Below, one piece after another: positions 1 to 13,544 of a stretch of DNA of 64,000 nt. Source of the DNA: Podospora anserina (Eukaryota). Each line of letters opens with the position of its first letter. The stretch's first letter is position 1. Location: NCBI GenBank assembly GCA_017654855.1, contig CM030337.1, positions 248,001 to 312,000 on the forward strand. Direction: 5' to 3'. Made by a program: the position numbers and the translations under genes. Under the pieces are notes generated by a model, which searched no databases, had not been told where the DNA came from, and worked only from the letters and a program-made list of their open reading frames with translations.

Positions 1-2770
1 TTAAATTAGGTTCCGGTATATTAAATACTATACTATATTAAAACCTGTATTGATCTTTATCATAGTATAGGAGTCAAATAATCTATAATAAATAATTCTT
101 TTTCAGAAAAGAGCCGGAGCGCAATGTACAATTAAAATGGTGAAGTAAAACGTAAGTAACAAGGGACTAAATAACTTTCAACGGTAGTATTATAAATCTT
201 TAGCAAAGTTATACCAAAAAAAACTATTTTTATTACATAAAAATTCAACTGATATAATATTGTTTTTATTAAATATCCCAAAAGAATTATACTTCGCTAT
301 AAAACTAAATACTAACGTCTCAAATATTATACTATTTCGAAACCTACATTTATATTTAATACATCGTAGGAAATAAGTTAATTCACGTAGATTAAAAGTT
401 TCGTTACCTTTATGTTCGAAAGGTTAATTAATAATAATTACTAAATGAATCTTTGAAATTAAAATATTTCCTCACGTTTTGCTTTTCACGAAATTTATAT
501 TAAAAGTTTAATATATTTCAGTTTAAAATTAATAAATAAATAAAAAGTAGAGTTTGAAAAGGCTTACAAAGACTTCGAAAGTATCGGAAAATATACAACT
601 ATTGTTATATATATATTAAAGTTTTTAAATCAACGAGTTAATTAAGTTAAATATAGAATTTACGCCTCTACTTAAAATAAAAATAAAAGTATAATACTAA
701 TATAGTACGGGGTTAATAGGAGAAACTTTGATTGATTAATCAATAAGAATAAGTAAATAACCAAAAGAATTTATTATATACATATTTTATAACCCTAGAT
801 CTGTTTACTTTAAGCTTTGTAAAAAAAGTCCCTTATCTTTCAAGACTAACTATATAATCTATATAATTTAGAAATCATATTATCCTAGCTTTTAAAAGGT
901 TAATTATCAATAATTACCGCATAAGTGTCTACAATTAAAATATACTTTAATTTCCTACTTTTAACAAAATTTAAACTGATAGCTTTACAATATTTTAAGT
1001 TTATATTGGTAGGTAAATAGCAAATATAATTTGAAGAGATTTATAAAAACTTTGAACTTATTAACAAGTTTATTACTTTTATCATATAGCCTCAGAATCT
1101 TCATCAATAAAATAAATAATTAGGCGTGGAATTGATATCTCCGATTAAGGTAAAAGGAAAAGATTTAATAGTGACATAGTACAAAGTTAGCGGGAGGAAA
1201 TACAGTTAGTTAATTATTAAAAGTAGTAAAAGTATTTAGCAAAATTATCTTATAAATAAATGTCTTATAACCCCAAACATTTTCACTTTAACCCCTGTAA
1301 AGAAGTCTCCTACCCGTAGAGACTAAGTGTGACGAATCTCTATCCAGGACCTCTGGAAGAGATACTAGTCGAAGGCGCTTCTAGACAATCTAGTTCGGTG
1401 CAGCTAAACAGTGCACGATAATAGCTTGTCTCAATCACAATAGTGTGAACACTAACTAATGTGACTTGTATTGCATACTGCGGAACTATCTGCTACCCAT
1501 CTAGTTCCTCTGAATATATAGACTTGAGGACTATAGACTGTTGACTTACAGACATTCCTCGGTCCTCATCTTATTGGCTTAGCTTGGACCGTGGACCCTG
1601 AGCTCCGCCGTGGTCCCCGTTCTGAATTTCATTAGTCCGTCCTGGCTACTAAACCATGAGCCACGCTCACCTTCCTGGTCTAGTCCTCTTTGGCCCGCCA
1701 GTTCCCACCTTCTATCCAAAACCGCCACACCGAGCTAGCTACGTCTCAACGAGTAAAGATGGTTTGTAATATAGTATAGTATTTAATCTATTAAGGTTTA
1801 ATTTTATAATAAATAGTAAATTCTTTTGATATTTAATAAAAAGTAATGTTATATTAATAGTATGTTTTTTGAATATTAATATCTTTGGTTATTGTTTTGA
1901 TTAGGTTTTTTATATAATGAAAAAATTATTCTTTTCTATAATTCTTTTAGAGGTTAATACTTTTATTATTTAACGTACTTTTTTATTAAATATCATTTAA
2001 GAAATAAATTCAAAAAGAAAAAGTATCGGGGTATAATATCAAAAATAAAAAGAATACTTACTAGTAAACAATAATGTGAATATTAGTAATAAAGTATAAA
2101 TAAACAAAGTTTCATAAATATATGTATATAAAAACCAAAATACTGGGATATAATTATTGAAGGTTAAGTCCCATACCATAAGCCTAAAGGCCCTGTAATA
2201 GTAGAGCACTTTAGTTCTCACGGCGTAGCGGAAACTTGCGACACGGTACCTGTAGCTCATTTTTGAATGTGCGTAGGCTCCAGCGCTTTACAGCGCTGTG
2301 TGACGGAGTAATAATGGGTGAAACTCTGTATTTATAAGGCTAGCCTTTTGTAATACCACGGTAGTTGTCTGTGGTAGGTTTCGCACTCGACTCTACCATA
2401 TACACTCCGGGGGCTTTACAGGGCGTTGCACTCCCCAACACGCAGATGTGTCAAAGTTTGACCTAGAAGTCAAAGATTTGGCTGCGTTTTGCCAAAAACG
2501 GGCTCACGCCCATACAAAACAGGGCAAAATCAGCCACCGGCCTGCCGTAGATGCGGGTAGATGTGGGCCCACAAGGTCATTGTTTCCACAGGGTACTTAT
2601 AGGGCCTTTAGTAGCCTAAATCCAAAGTTTAGGCCATTTTAGGCCACTGTGGCGCCCTATGCAGAGCTTCGAAGTTGACTTCGTACTAAGTGGATCCTCA
2701 GGGGTGCCGGGTTGGTGTGTTGTGACCGTCTTCGCCGTATCCACCGGTTCCTTCAGAACTAAACGCCTTG
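1..2770 (-). other. Unidentified RIP-degenerate sequence with a GC-richer promoter-like 5' end (about 2200-2770)
   Basis: The minus strand shows TATAAATA near 2330 and CAAAA-ATG at 2260, then an ORF that decays into AT-rich sequence. It is interrupted by the solo LTR at 1328. Family not recognised. Confidence 0.35.
1328..1729 (-). mobile_element. Solo LTR (Gypsy family shared with E1-E3)
   Basis: TGTGACG...CCACA ends; R/U5 similar to the other LTRs. Flanks CTAAG/CCGAG fit a 5-bp TSD altered by transitions. Confidence 0.85.
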
Positions 2771-3174
2771 TGTGACGAACCCCTATCCAGAATCTCTGAA
2801 AGGGATACTGGTTGAAGGCACTTCTGAACAATCCTGGTTCGGTACAGCTAAACAGTGTACAACAATGGCTTGTCTCAATCACAATAGCTAAGATACCACG
2901 ATTGTGTATTGTATTGCATACTGCGGAACTGTCTATCTACACCAGCCAGTTCCTCCGTATATATAGACCAGTGGACCGTGGACCGTTGACTTACAGACGG
3001 TCCTCGGTCCACTCCTGATTGGCCGATACTGGACCGTGGACCGTGAGCTTCGCCGCGCTCCCCGGTCTCCATCTTATTGGTCCGTTTGCCCACCTGGACC
3101 GTGAGCCCCGCTCGATCGCGCGGTCCAGTCCTGATTGGTCCCTCGTGGCCCCACTGTCTTCCAGAACCGTGACA
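2771..3174 (-). mobile_element. Solo LTR without TSD
   Basis: TGTGACGAACCCC...CCGTGACA, homologous to the other LTRs. Flanks CCTTG/TAATA do not match. Confidence 0.85.
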
Positions 3175-6100
3175 TAATACCGGGACGTTATAGCGGTAAT
3201 AAAGGAAAGTTTAAATGATTGTTAATTTAACTTGATCTTTATTTTTATTATTATTTAGAAATATTTAATATCGAAGAGTTTAAAGTACTATTTGTGATTA
3301 TTTAATTAGGAAAAAATGTATTTATATAGTTCGAACTTATCATAAATAATTATTACGAGTTCTTAGTTACAAATCCTAAAAAGTTATTACTAGATATTTC
3401 CGGAGTTACGGTAAGTTTAAAATTAAGTTTAGAGAAGGATTTAAAAACTATGATAAAATAAAGTATACGTAGAAGAAATTCGTAGGTTTACGTTAAGTAC
3501 GCTTAGTAGCCGAATACGCGGCTATAATTAAAGTCGACAACTTACGTAACGGAATTAATATTAAAAAGTTAATATACCTTTTTTATGACAGCCTTGAAAA
3601 GAAAAGTAGTGAATAAGTTATATAAATAATTAAAACTTAATATTTTAGATAATTATATCGCTATAGTTATATAAATCGACGATAAATAATTTTAACGTTA
3701 GATAAAAAAGAAAGGTAATGAATAGAATTATTACGGTATAACCGTTTTAACAATAAATGTAAAAGGTAATATCTAAGTATTCATTATTCCGGTATTATTC
3801 GGTAGAACTTATAAAGGTCGATACCATAAAATATTAAAACTATAGAGCCGAAAAGTTCAGGTAAAGATAACTTGAAATATTTTAAATATACTCAAATAAA
3901 ATACTTGAAAAAAGACTATGAAGTCTTTAAGTAATTCAAAGAAAGAAAAGATTACTATAATAACTATACTAAAAAGTATAAGGATTATAAAAATCGTAAT
4001 TATTAATTACGGGGAAAAAAAGTAATAGATTTTGAAAAAAAACGTTTATTAGTCCGTATATAGGAAGAGTAATGGTTTTGGGAACTAAAGGAAGGTTTAA
4101 ACCAGTTTAAGGTGAGACATTAAAAAGTAAATATATAATTCCGGAAATTATAAGAATAATTAGTTTGAACGGTTATACAAATTACAAAATTTATTAATCT
4201 TATACTACACGAAAAACCTATAAAGTCAATTACGTTCAAGGAAAGGTTGTATGAATATAAAAATATATTATTATAGCGGACTTATAAAGTACAGAAGTTT
4301 ATATTTAAAAATCAAAAAGAGTTCTTAAAAAATGCTTGATATAAGACTTATATATAAGCTTAAGTAAATACCTTTATATATGTAGTATATACCTTTCTAA
4401 AAGGATACGGTATAGCTTTGCGTTGAATATCTAAAATATTAAAAGAATTCTTTAGTTTTAATATGTTATATGTAAGTATATAGAGTATTATTACAGTAAA
4501 ACGTTTTATAGTTTTTAACTGGTAAAATACACGGGTAGGAACGGAAACATTAAACCTGTTATTAAAACGATAATTAAATAGTATTGATTATAAGAGGAGT
4601 TTAACGATCATTCCCAATAGAAACTATAGGACCTAATTGAGTTAATGGGTAGTGTTTAGCTATATGAATTATGTTTAAATATATAAACTATATTGAAATA
4701 TCTCAATTATTATTTAAAATGTGTAATATACTAAAAACACGGTGTAATTGAAAAAATTAAATATACCTTAATGTATTATACGAATCTTAACTATTTGTTG
4801 TACTTACGGATAAAGTCATGAAGAATTATAATATATTAATTAAACCGGGGCTAGAATAACAGTTGAGAAGCAAAAATATAATCGGAAAAAAGTTTAATAT
4901 AATATATAAAACGGAAAGTAAAGAAATGTTTAACGGTAATACTTAGTCCAATTTATATTATAAGCTAGTTTAAAGTTTGATAATACTTAAAAAAATAAGT
5001 TACGGTCTTTTAGGGAAAGCGTTAACCTTTGAAATATTATAAATAATACCAAAGTAATAATAGAAAATAATAATTTTATATTGATTAGAAAAGTTGTTAC
5101 TATATAAGGAAAATATAAGAAAGATAAATAGTTTTAAATTATAATCTGCTAAAAAATTTCTTTGGCGATAATATTAGTAAATAATAATATAGAACCACAA
5201 TTAATTTTGCTTTAGTTCGTATATCAAATTAAAATATTATAAAGGAACAAGAAAAATAAGTTACTATAAAGAGAATATTTTTAATGTAAATTTCTTTGAA
5301 AATATTACCCTTGAATATTACGCTCAAAGTGAAAATGATTTTAATTATGTGCTATATCACAAGTTTTGGCTTTTTTTACAAAAAATGTAATTTTAAATCA
5401 TTATAATATAAGAATTATAATTTGGATATTGATTGAAAGGATAGTAATCACTTACGATGAAAAGAACCTTAAAAATATATGATTAATAATGAACGATTAA
5501 ATACATATAAAATAAAGTATAGGATAAATACCCTTTATAATACTACAGTAAAAAGTATAAAAAAAAGAAGAAAGCAGAAGCGGTACTAATAAAATACCGG
5601 AGATACTTAGCCTTTATAATTAAGTATTTAGAGGAACTACTAAAACGAGAATTAGAGAATTATAAAATTAAGTTAAAAGAAGGAATTAGATTATAGTTAT
5701 TTAAAGCTTATTATGTTAACTATAAATACAATGATGCATTACAGAAGTATTTTAGTAAAATGTTTTTTTTAAAAAAATTAAAGAATTTAGAGTACTGATT
5801 AGGTACCCCGTTTTTCCCGCACTGAAAAAAGACAGTAATTTACGATTATATATAAATTACCATTGGTTAAATAACGAAATATTAAATTTTAAATATTTAT
5901 TAGCAATAAGATTTAAATTACGGAGTTAACTAATAAAATTTCAATGGTTTATATCTTTAAATACAGTAGTCGGGTATATCTATATATAGATTAAAGAAAA
6001 AGTAAAGAAAAAATAGTGTTCGTATACTTTATAATTATTTTAAATATTTCGTAATATTATTTATCCTTATTAATATACTCACGAGATTTAAATCTCTTGT

Positions 6101-7146
6101 CAACTATACTATTTGAAAGTATTTCAATAAAATAGTAATATATTATTTCGAAGATGTTTTCATGTACTCATATACTTTAGAAAAGTATAAGCGTTGAGTA
6201 CAAAAAATAGGTGATATATTATATAAGACCGGACTTTTAGTAAGTTAAAAAAAACCAAGTTTTGTATAAAAAATTTATATACATAGCATATTTAATATTA
6301 TTAAGGTTTATATGAAGTTTGAAATGATTACGGTTGTTAAGAACTAATTTATACTGTAGTTATGAATATATATTAGGGAGTTTTTAAAATTTATTAATTT
6401 TCTGTACCGGACATACATACGTACTATATACTTATTTAATTGATTAATCTAAAAAAATATACAGTTCTAGTAGGGGTGAGGAAAAAAATAGGTATTCCAG
6501 GAGCTAAAAATAGCTATTGTAAAAAGACCTAGTATTTATATTATTAAACCCTGATCGACTGTTCAACGTCCAAATAAATATATTAAACTATATAATTAAA
6601 ACATAACTCAGTTAGAAAACAAGGACGTAAAGTTATATCCGGGAATGTCTTCTGCGGATGAAATTTGAGGAGGCTTACTAAATAGGTTATTTACTATTAT
6701 TGAAACGTTCGACTAATACAAGCTATATTTTAATAGTATTCATTATAAAATTTAGGTTTACAATGATTGTAATAATTTTTAATAGGTTATTATTATAAAG
6801 GTTTTTAATCCGCGGTAAAGTAAGCGATTGAAGTTTCTATTAAAATTTAATTTCTAAATTAATTAAAAATATGCATTGGAAAATATCAGGGTAAATATAT
6901 TCAACCGGAGAACCGAATATTATCACGATATACTGAACAATTATTACTATTATTTTGGAAAATAAGGGAGGATACTTTTAAGGTTTTACTTTATTTATAA
7001 ATAAACTATTACGTTATATATTATAAATAAATTACATTCAATCAATATTAAGGGAAGGTTAAAGGCGATATTACCAAATAATATAAATAATAAAAGTTGA
7101 AAGTATAAAATATTTCAAAAGATAGTTAGGGACGATTATAATATAG

Positions 7147-7541
7147 TGTCACGACTTGACACTTAGTAGGGCGCGGGGCGTACCACGGACCAATGACACT
7201 TGGTGGGGCACGGGGTGCACCACGGACCAATCAGACCAGGATCAATGGGATCGAGGATCGATCCAGGAGAGTCAACCCCAAAAGGGACAGTATCGATAGG
7301 ATCGATGGTCGAGTCTATCGATCCAGGAGAGTGCCAGGCTTGGCACTGGGTCTATATATACGGAGGAACTGGCTGGTATAAATACACAGTTCCGCAGTAT
7401 GCAATTACAGCTTGTATTTACGGTATCTTATGTTTATATTGAGACATCTTATTGTGCGCTATTTAGCCGCACCGAACTAATTATCAGAAGTAGCCTTTAA
7501 CCAGTGTCCCTTTTAAAGGTTCTATACAGGGGTTCGTCACA
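7147..7541 (+). repeat. E2 5' LTR
   Basis: TGTCACG...TTCGTCACA; direct repeat of 13545-13939. U3 holds a tandem duplication of about 37 bp and GATC-rich repeats. Confidence 0.95.
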
Positions 7542-10500
7542 CGTTACATACTCACTTTAACTCTATTACGGATAAGTTAAAGGTATTAAATTAACGCTAT
7601 AGCCGGAAACGTTAATACCTAGGCAGGAGCATCCACTTACCTTACTATCGACCAGCTTCTCGCTTAAATTTAAAAGCTTAAGGATAAGTTACGCCTTTCT
7701 TACGATACCCTTACGTAAGAAAACGCTATACTCTACCAGGAGATGAGTACCTTACGTAGGAAAGGAGAGTGTATTAAACTCGAGGTACCCGATCGCTATA
7801 AAAGTATAAAAGGAGAGCTAGGAGGATTCTTAATCCCACTTAAGCTTACTTTCGGTACTACCCTTCTCGTTTCCCGGACGAGGAATCTAAAGTTATATAT
7901 ACTACGTCCAGGCTTAAGGACATAGTACTTATATAGTTCGAACCGATCTTAAGAAATTACTTCGATAAGACGTATAACGAGAGGAAAGTTATTATTAAAA
8001 AGTGCTTTAAGTTATATAAAAGCTTTAAAAAGAAAATTAAAAAGGTATTTAAAGAATATAATAAGGGTAGGCGTACCTAGAAGCGATTAGTTAACTTTAA
8101 ATAGATTTAATTTACTACCGACTATACTATAATATTTAAAACAAATATATTCCGTAATATAATTAACGACGAAGGGTTAATATAGTTATTCTATAACGGG
8201 CTTAAGGAAAAAGTTAAGAACGAACTATATCGAATAAAGCGACCGGAGACTATCGATAAGTATATCGCGATAGCTGTCCGCATTAACGATCGGTAATACT
8301 AGCGCCGTAAGAAACGTAAGGGCACACGCGTATAAGCACCCTATTATCTTAACGATAAAAAGAAGAGACGACCGTACAGGACTTACGTCTCGGGGACCAC
8401 TTACGTAGGGCCTATAAAGATCGATACTATTTAATAATAGAGGCCGTAAAGCCGGAGCTAAAGTAGAGATAACCTTAAGTATTTTAACTATAATAAAGTA
8501 AGATACTTTAAAAAGGATTATAAAGTACCTAAGTAACTCGGATAGAAAAGGAAGATTATAATAATTATTATATTGAAAGGACCGAAAGTTATAGAGGTCG
8601 TAGTTCTCGGATTAATAAAGTAAAGTAGTAAAATAAATAATTAAATAAAAAAATTATTATCGGATATATATATAAGAAAATATTAAGTACGTAAGAGACG
8701 GAAAATAGGAGGAAGTTAAGCGGGTATAGTTAAAAGACTTTATATTATTAGATAACCCGGAGCAAGAGGACGCTTTTAAACGATATAACCGCCTAGGAAA
8801 CGACTCGCGGCTTTTCGCGGAGGCCGGTAATTTTAACGGATTACAAACAGTATTTTCGAAAATATCGGTATAAAGCAAAAGTATAGAATAACGACCCGAT
8901 ACTTATTAATAAAGTTATTACTCTATAGGAAAAAGGTAAGAAAGATAAATACCTTTAGATTATAGTATATTAAAAAAATATTTAAGTAATAATATTAGTA
9001 ATTAAAGGTATAGAAACGAATTTAATTTTATTATAGTTCGTATATTAAACTAAAATACTATAGAAAAAAAAAGGAATAAATCGTTATATAAAGATTATTT
9101 CCGATATAAAAGATTTATACAAAATATTAGCTTAAAATATTATAATCGAAGGAAAAATAACGTTAATTATATTTAATATTATAAATATAAAACTTTTAAA
9201 GGATATAATTTTAAGGTAACTATAGTATAAAGATTATAACCTAAATATTATTTAGAGGGACGGTAATTACTTATAACTAAAAGAATTTTAAAAATATTTA
9301 ATTAACGATAGGAGATTATGTGTATATGTAGAGTAGAGTGTAGGATAAGCACCCTCCACGGTACTACCGTAAGCAACCTAAAAAGTAATAATATACTTTA
9401 TCGATATAAATAGTAAAATCGAAAAAGTAAGGTTAACGACGTTTATAGAAATATCGGAGGTTAATAAATATATTTATTATAATAATATAAAGAAAAGTAA
9501 GAAAAAAATAGTACCGGTAGAATATTAAGGATACCTAACCTTTACGGCTAAGTATTTAGAGGGACTTTTAAAGCGAAGACCGTAGAACTATAAAATTATA
9601 GTTATTTAAGGTTTACTATATTAATAATAAGTAAAGTAAGGAATTACAAAAATACTTAAATAAAAATTTAAAGAGAAGAAATATTAAAGAACTTATATTA
9701 TTAGTAGGATATTCTGTATTTTTCGTACCGAAGAAAAATAATAATTTACGACTATATATAAATTATTATTAATTAAATAATAAAACGGTAAAAAATAATT
9801 ACCTGCTATTATAAATATCTAAGTAAAAAAGTTAATTAATAAAGGTATAATACTTTATATATTTAAATATATTTATCGGGTACGCCTATATATAGATTAA
9901 AGAAAGGGATAAATAAAAAATAATATTTCGTATACTTTATAGTTATTTTGAGTATTTCGTAATATTATTTAGGCTAACTAATACGCCCGTAACGTTCTAA
10001 TCTCTTCTTAACTATATAATCCGGAAGTACCTCGATAAAATAATAATATACTATCCTAACGATATTCTTATTTACTTATATACTTTAAAGAAGTATAAGC
10101 GATACGTATAAAAGATACTCGACGCGCTATACGGAGCCGGACTCTTAATAAATACAGAAAAGAGCAAGTTTTATATATAAAAGATAATATATTTAAAATA
10201 TTTAATATCGTTAAGTAAAGTTTATATAGAATTTAAAAAGATACGGTAATTAAAGACTAACCTATACCGTAATTATAAATATATATTAGAAAATTCTTAA
10301 GGTTTATAAATTTATATTAAATATTTAATTATAAATACGTAAGAATCGCGTAACTATTTAATTACTTAATTAAAAAAAACGTAAAATTCCGGTAGGAGTA
10401 AGAAGAAAAGTAAGCTTTTTAAAAATTAAAAAAGATTATTTTAAGGGACCCGGTACTTACCTTACTAAACCCTAGTCGATTATTTAAGGTCGAGGTAAAT

Positions 10501-12447
10501 ATATTAAACTATTAATCGATAAATAATTAAGATAGCGAAACGACGACGGAAAACTATATTTAATAACTTTCTTTTTAAAGAAGCTAAAAAGGGGTACGTT
10601 AAAACTACTTAATCTACGATAAAAAGCTATTTGTTATTATTGAAGCGTTCGAGGAGTAAAGGCTAGACTTTAATAGTATTAATTATAGATATAGGTCTAT
10701 ACGGATTATAAAAACTTACGATACTTTACTATTACGAAGGTCCTTAATATATAATAAATATAATAATAAAAAGAAATTTCGAAATTTAATATTTAAATTA
10801 ATTATAAAAAATGTTCGGAAAACGCTAGGGCAAACGTATTTAGCCGGCGAGCCGATTACTATATAAATATACCTAGGGAGTTATTATTATTACTTAAGGA
10901 GACGCTAGAAAATACTTTTAAGTATTTATTTTAACCGTAAATAAAATATTATATAGTATATCGTAAGTAAATTATTTTTAGTAAATATTAAGGAAAGTTA
11001 AGTAACGATATTACGGAATAATATTAATAAGAAGAATTAAAGTTCTAAAGTATTTTAAAAAAAATTAAGGAAGATTATAATTTAAAAATCGAGCGTACGT
11101 AAAGCTAAGTAATAGGACGTCACTAATAATAGAAATTTATAGGTTAAAGCTTGGAGGATATAGAGGTATTATAATAACTATAGAAAGAATTAAGTAATAC
11201 CTTAACTAGCCGAGGATTAAGGATAACGTTAAAGAAGCTATTTAATTATATTATATATACGAGAAGACGAAGGTTACGAAGTATAAACTTTATGGATTTT
11301 TAGAGTTTTTACTAATAGTAAAACGATTATAAAGTTTAATTATAATAAACTTTATTACTAAGTTATTAAAATTAAAAAATATAATAACCGGTATTAAATA
11401 TAATAATATATTAACGGTAGTCGATAGGCTTACTAAATAAGTATACTTTTTACTTTATAAAGAAATCTAATCGGTAAAGTAATTAGCGAATATAATACTA
11501 TAGTATATTATAATAATATATATATAATTGAAAAAAATTATTATAAACCGCGATACTAAATTGGTATCGAAGTTTTAAAGAACGTTAATAACGAAATTCG
11601 GGGTAATAAATAAAACGTTATTAACCTACTATCCTTAAATAAATAGTTAAACAGAACGGCTTAGTTAAATTATAAAATAATACTTACGGAATTATATTAA
11701 TTTCGAATAAAACGATTAGGTTAAACTATTATTTATAATATAATTAGTATATAATAAATTATTAATAGAAACGATTAGAGTTACGCCGTTTTTTATAAAT
11801 TTTAAATATAAAGTAGACCTACGGTAGGGATTTAACGTTAAGGTACCTAGGGCTGGGTTAAAATAAATAAACTATATATATTTTATAGTAAGCTTAAGTA
11901 AATACTAAAGTTTATAAGGGAAAGAATATAGAAATACTATAATACTAAAAGGCTCGAGGAACCTTACTTTAAAGCGGTAAATATAATATTCTTTTCTATA
12001 TATAATTTACATACTAAAAAACTTAGTAAAAAACTAAACTATAGGAAAGTAGGCCTATTTAAGGTTAAAAGAAAGATCTTAGAAACTGTATTCGAATTAG
12101 AGCTACTTAGTACGATACGTCTACGGTTATATATATTTTTACATCTCACTTTTAAAACCCATACTCCCGGTAAATAAAGTTAATATATAAATAGCGGCGG
12201 AGCACGAAAAAAAAATATAATATAGAAAAAATATTAAATTTACGGTTTAATAAAAATTAATTAAAGTATTTAGTTAGTTAGTTAGGATATCCGGCTATAG
12301 ATAATTCGTAGGAACTAAAAATAAATTTTAATTACCCGGATAAGTAAAAAGTATTTTACCGGTAATACTTAAACCGATTAAAGCCTAAATAAATAAAAGA
12401 TTAGTACCTAGGTTTACGGGTAGTACCTATAAATTTAAATACCTAAG

Positions 12448-12517
12448 AACCTTAGTAAGAATCGAACCTACGCCTTCGACGTAGTAGTCGACGTGCCACG
12501 CACTATACTACGAGGTT
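12448..12517 (-). ncRNA. tRNA-like cloverleaf, copy 1 (inside E2)
   Basis: Minus strand reads AACCTCG TA GTAT AGTGCGTG GCAC G TCGAC TACTAC GTCGA AGGC GTAGG TTCGATT CTTAC TAAGGTT. It has acceptor, D, anticodon and T arms and a B-box. Confidence 0.7.
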
Positions 12518-12657
12518 AGTAAATACAAGGGAATCTAGGCCCAACTAATACCATACGCCTCTACTATCGTAAAAAGAAGTCGAAAATATATTACCGGCGG
12601 GGTAATTAAAAAGATAGTATCTAAGTTCACACACTATATTTATAAACTTAGATATAG

Positions 12658-12727
12658 AACCTCGACGGGAATCGAACCTATGCCTCCGATATAGTAACCA
12701 ACGTACTATATACTACACTACGAGGTT
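12658..12727 (-). ncRNA. tRNA-like cloverleaf, copy 2 (inside E2)
   Basis: Minus strand reads AACCTCG TA GTGT AGTATATA GTAC G TTGGT TACTAT ATCGG AGGC ATAGG TTCGATT CCCGT CGAGGTT. Perfect 7-bp acceptor stem and GGTTCGATTCC B-box. Confidence 0.72.
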
Positions 12728-12778
12728 GGAAGGTGTGAAGGGACCTAAATATAGGTAATGCTACGTGTTTTAATTACC

Positions 12779-13438
12779 TTAGGAAATAAAAGGCGCGCTA
12801 TCGACGGTACCCTAGGAAATCAGAAAGGAAGGACCGGCCGTACTAAAGTCTAAAGGAAGGTCGGAAGGCTAATCGAAGCTTAAGGAAAGATCTAAGGAAA
12901 AAAAGTCGGAAGGAATAATAGCGAAAGACTCCGCCGCGGGATAGTTTTAAGGATCTAAAGAAGTAGGAGCGTCGCTAAATAACAAAGTAACCTATGCGGT
13001 TAGCGTAGCTTCTTTTTATTTAATACGCTCTAACTCTTTAATACTATCGAGGCCGCGAAAGACGGCCGTAGCTATTCGTTTAAACTATATTTATTTTTAT
13101 AAACGTAAGTGGTTAATTTTTTAATTTAGGGCCGCGCGCTAGGACTTAACCTTTACTATCTCTATCTCTAACTAGTCGTATTAGGAAATAACTTTGCGGA
13201 GTTGTTAGACGGATAACCTACGAGCGTCGTAAAGAGATTAGTTATACTGTATATAGGAAGCGTAACGTTTAAAAATGGAAGGAGAAATCTTAGGAAAAAC
13301 TACGTTTCTTATAAAAGGAATAAGTATGCTTTATAATAAAAGTAAACCGTAAAATAGAATAAGTAACTCGTTACGATCCCCTATTTTCGAATGTAAAGGT
13401 TTAATACCGGGTCGCGCCTTACTTACGCGGTTAAATAT
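12779..13438 (-). pseudogene. RIP-disrupted antisense accessory ORF of E2 (about 219 codons; Cys motif plus coiled coil)
   Basis: One frame of 660 nt whose stops are TAA/TAG, as RIP would produce. Reverting RIP gives roughly ...KRCASC..C...CD...RLRLQKQMWFERMA.AV.RGLDSVEELERVE.EE. Confidence 0.6.
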
Positions 13439-13544
13439 AATAAAGTATAAGGAATAGGGGAAAAAGGAAAGAACTTATAATTATTAATAGACGCAGGAAA
13501 GTAAGTTAGGCCCACGGGACTTCGGCCTAAAGAGGAGAGCGTCG

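Noticed and set aside
7193-7442. Short ORFs within LTRs (also 2812-3093, 13564-13779, 23875-24060)
   Set aside because: Chance frames in GC-richer LTR sequence, mostly with non-ATG starts.
12448-12727. Calling the cloverleafs functional tRNA genes or the element's RT primer
   Set aside because: The anticodon loop is 6 nt, the copies are RIP-damaged, and there is no complementary PBS after the 5' LTR. Kept as tRNA-like only.
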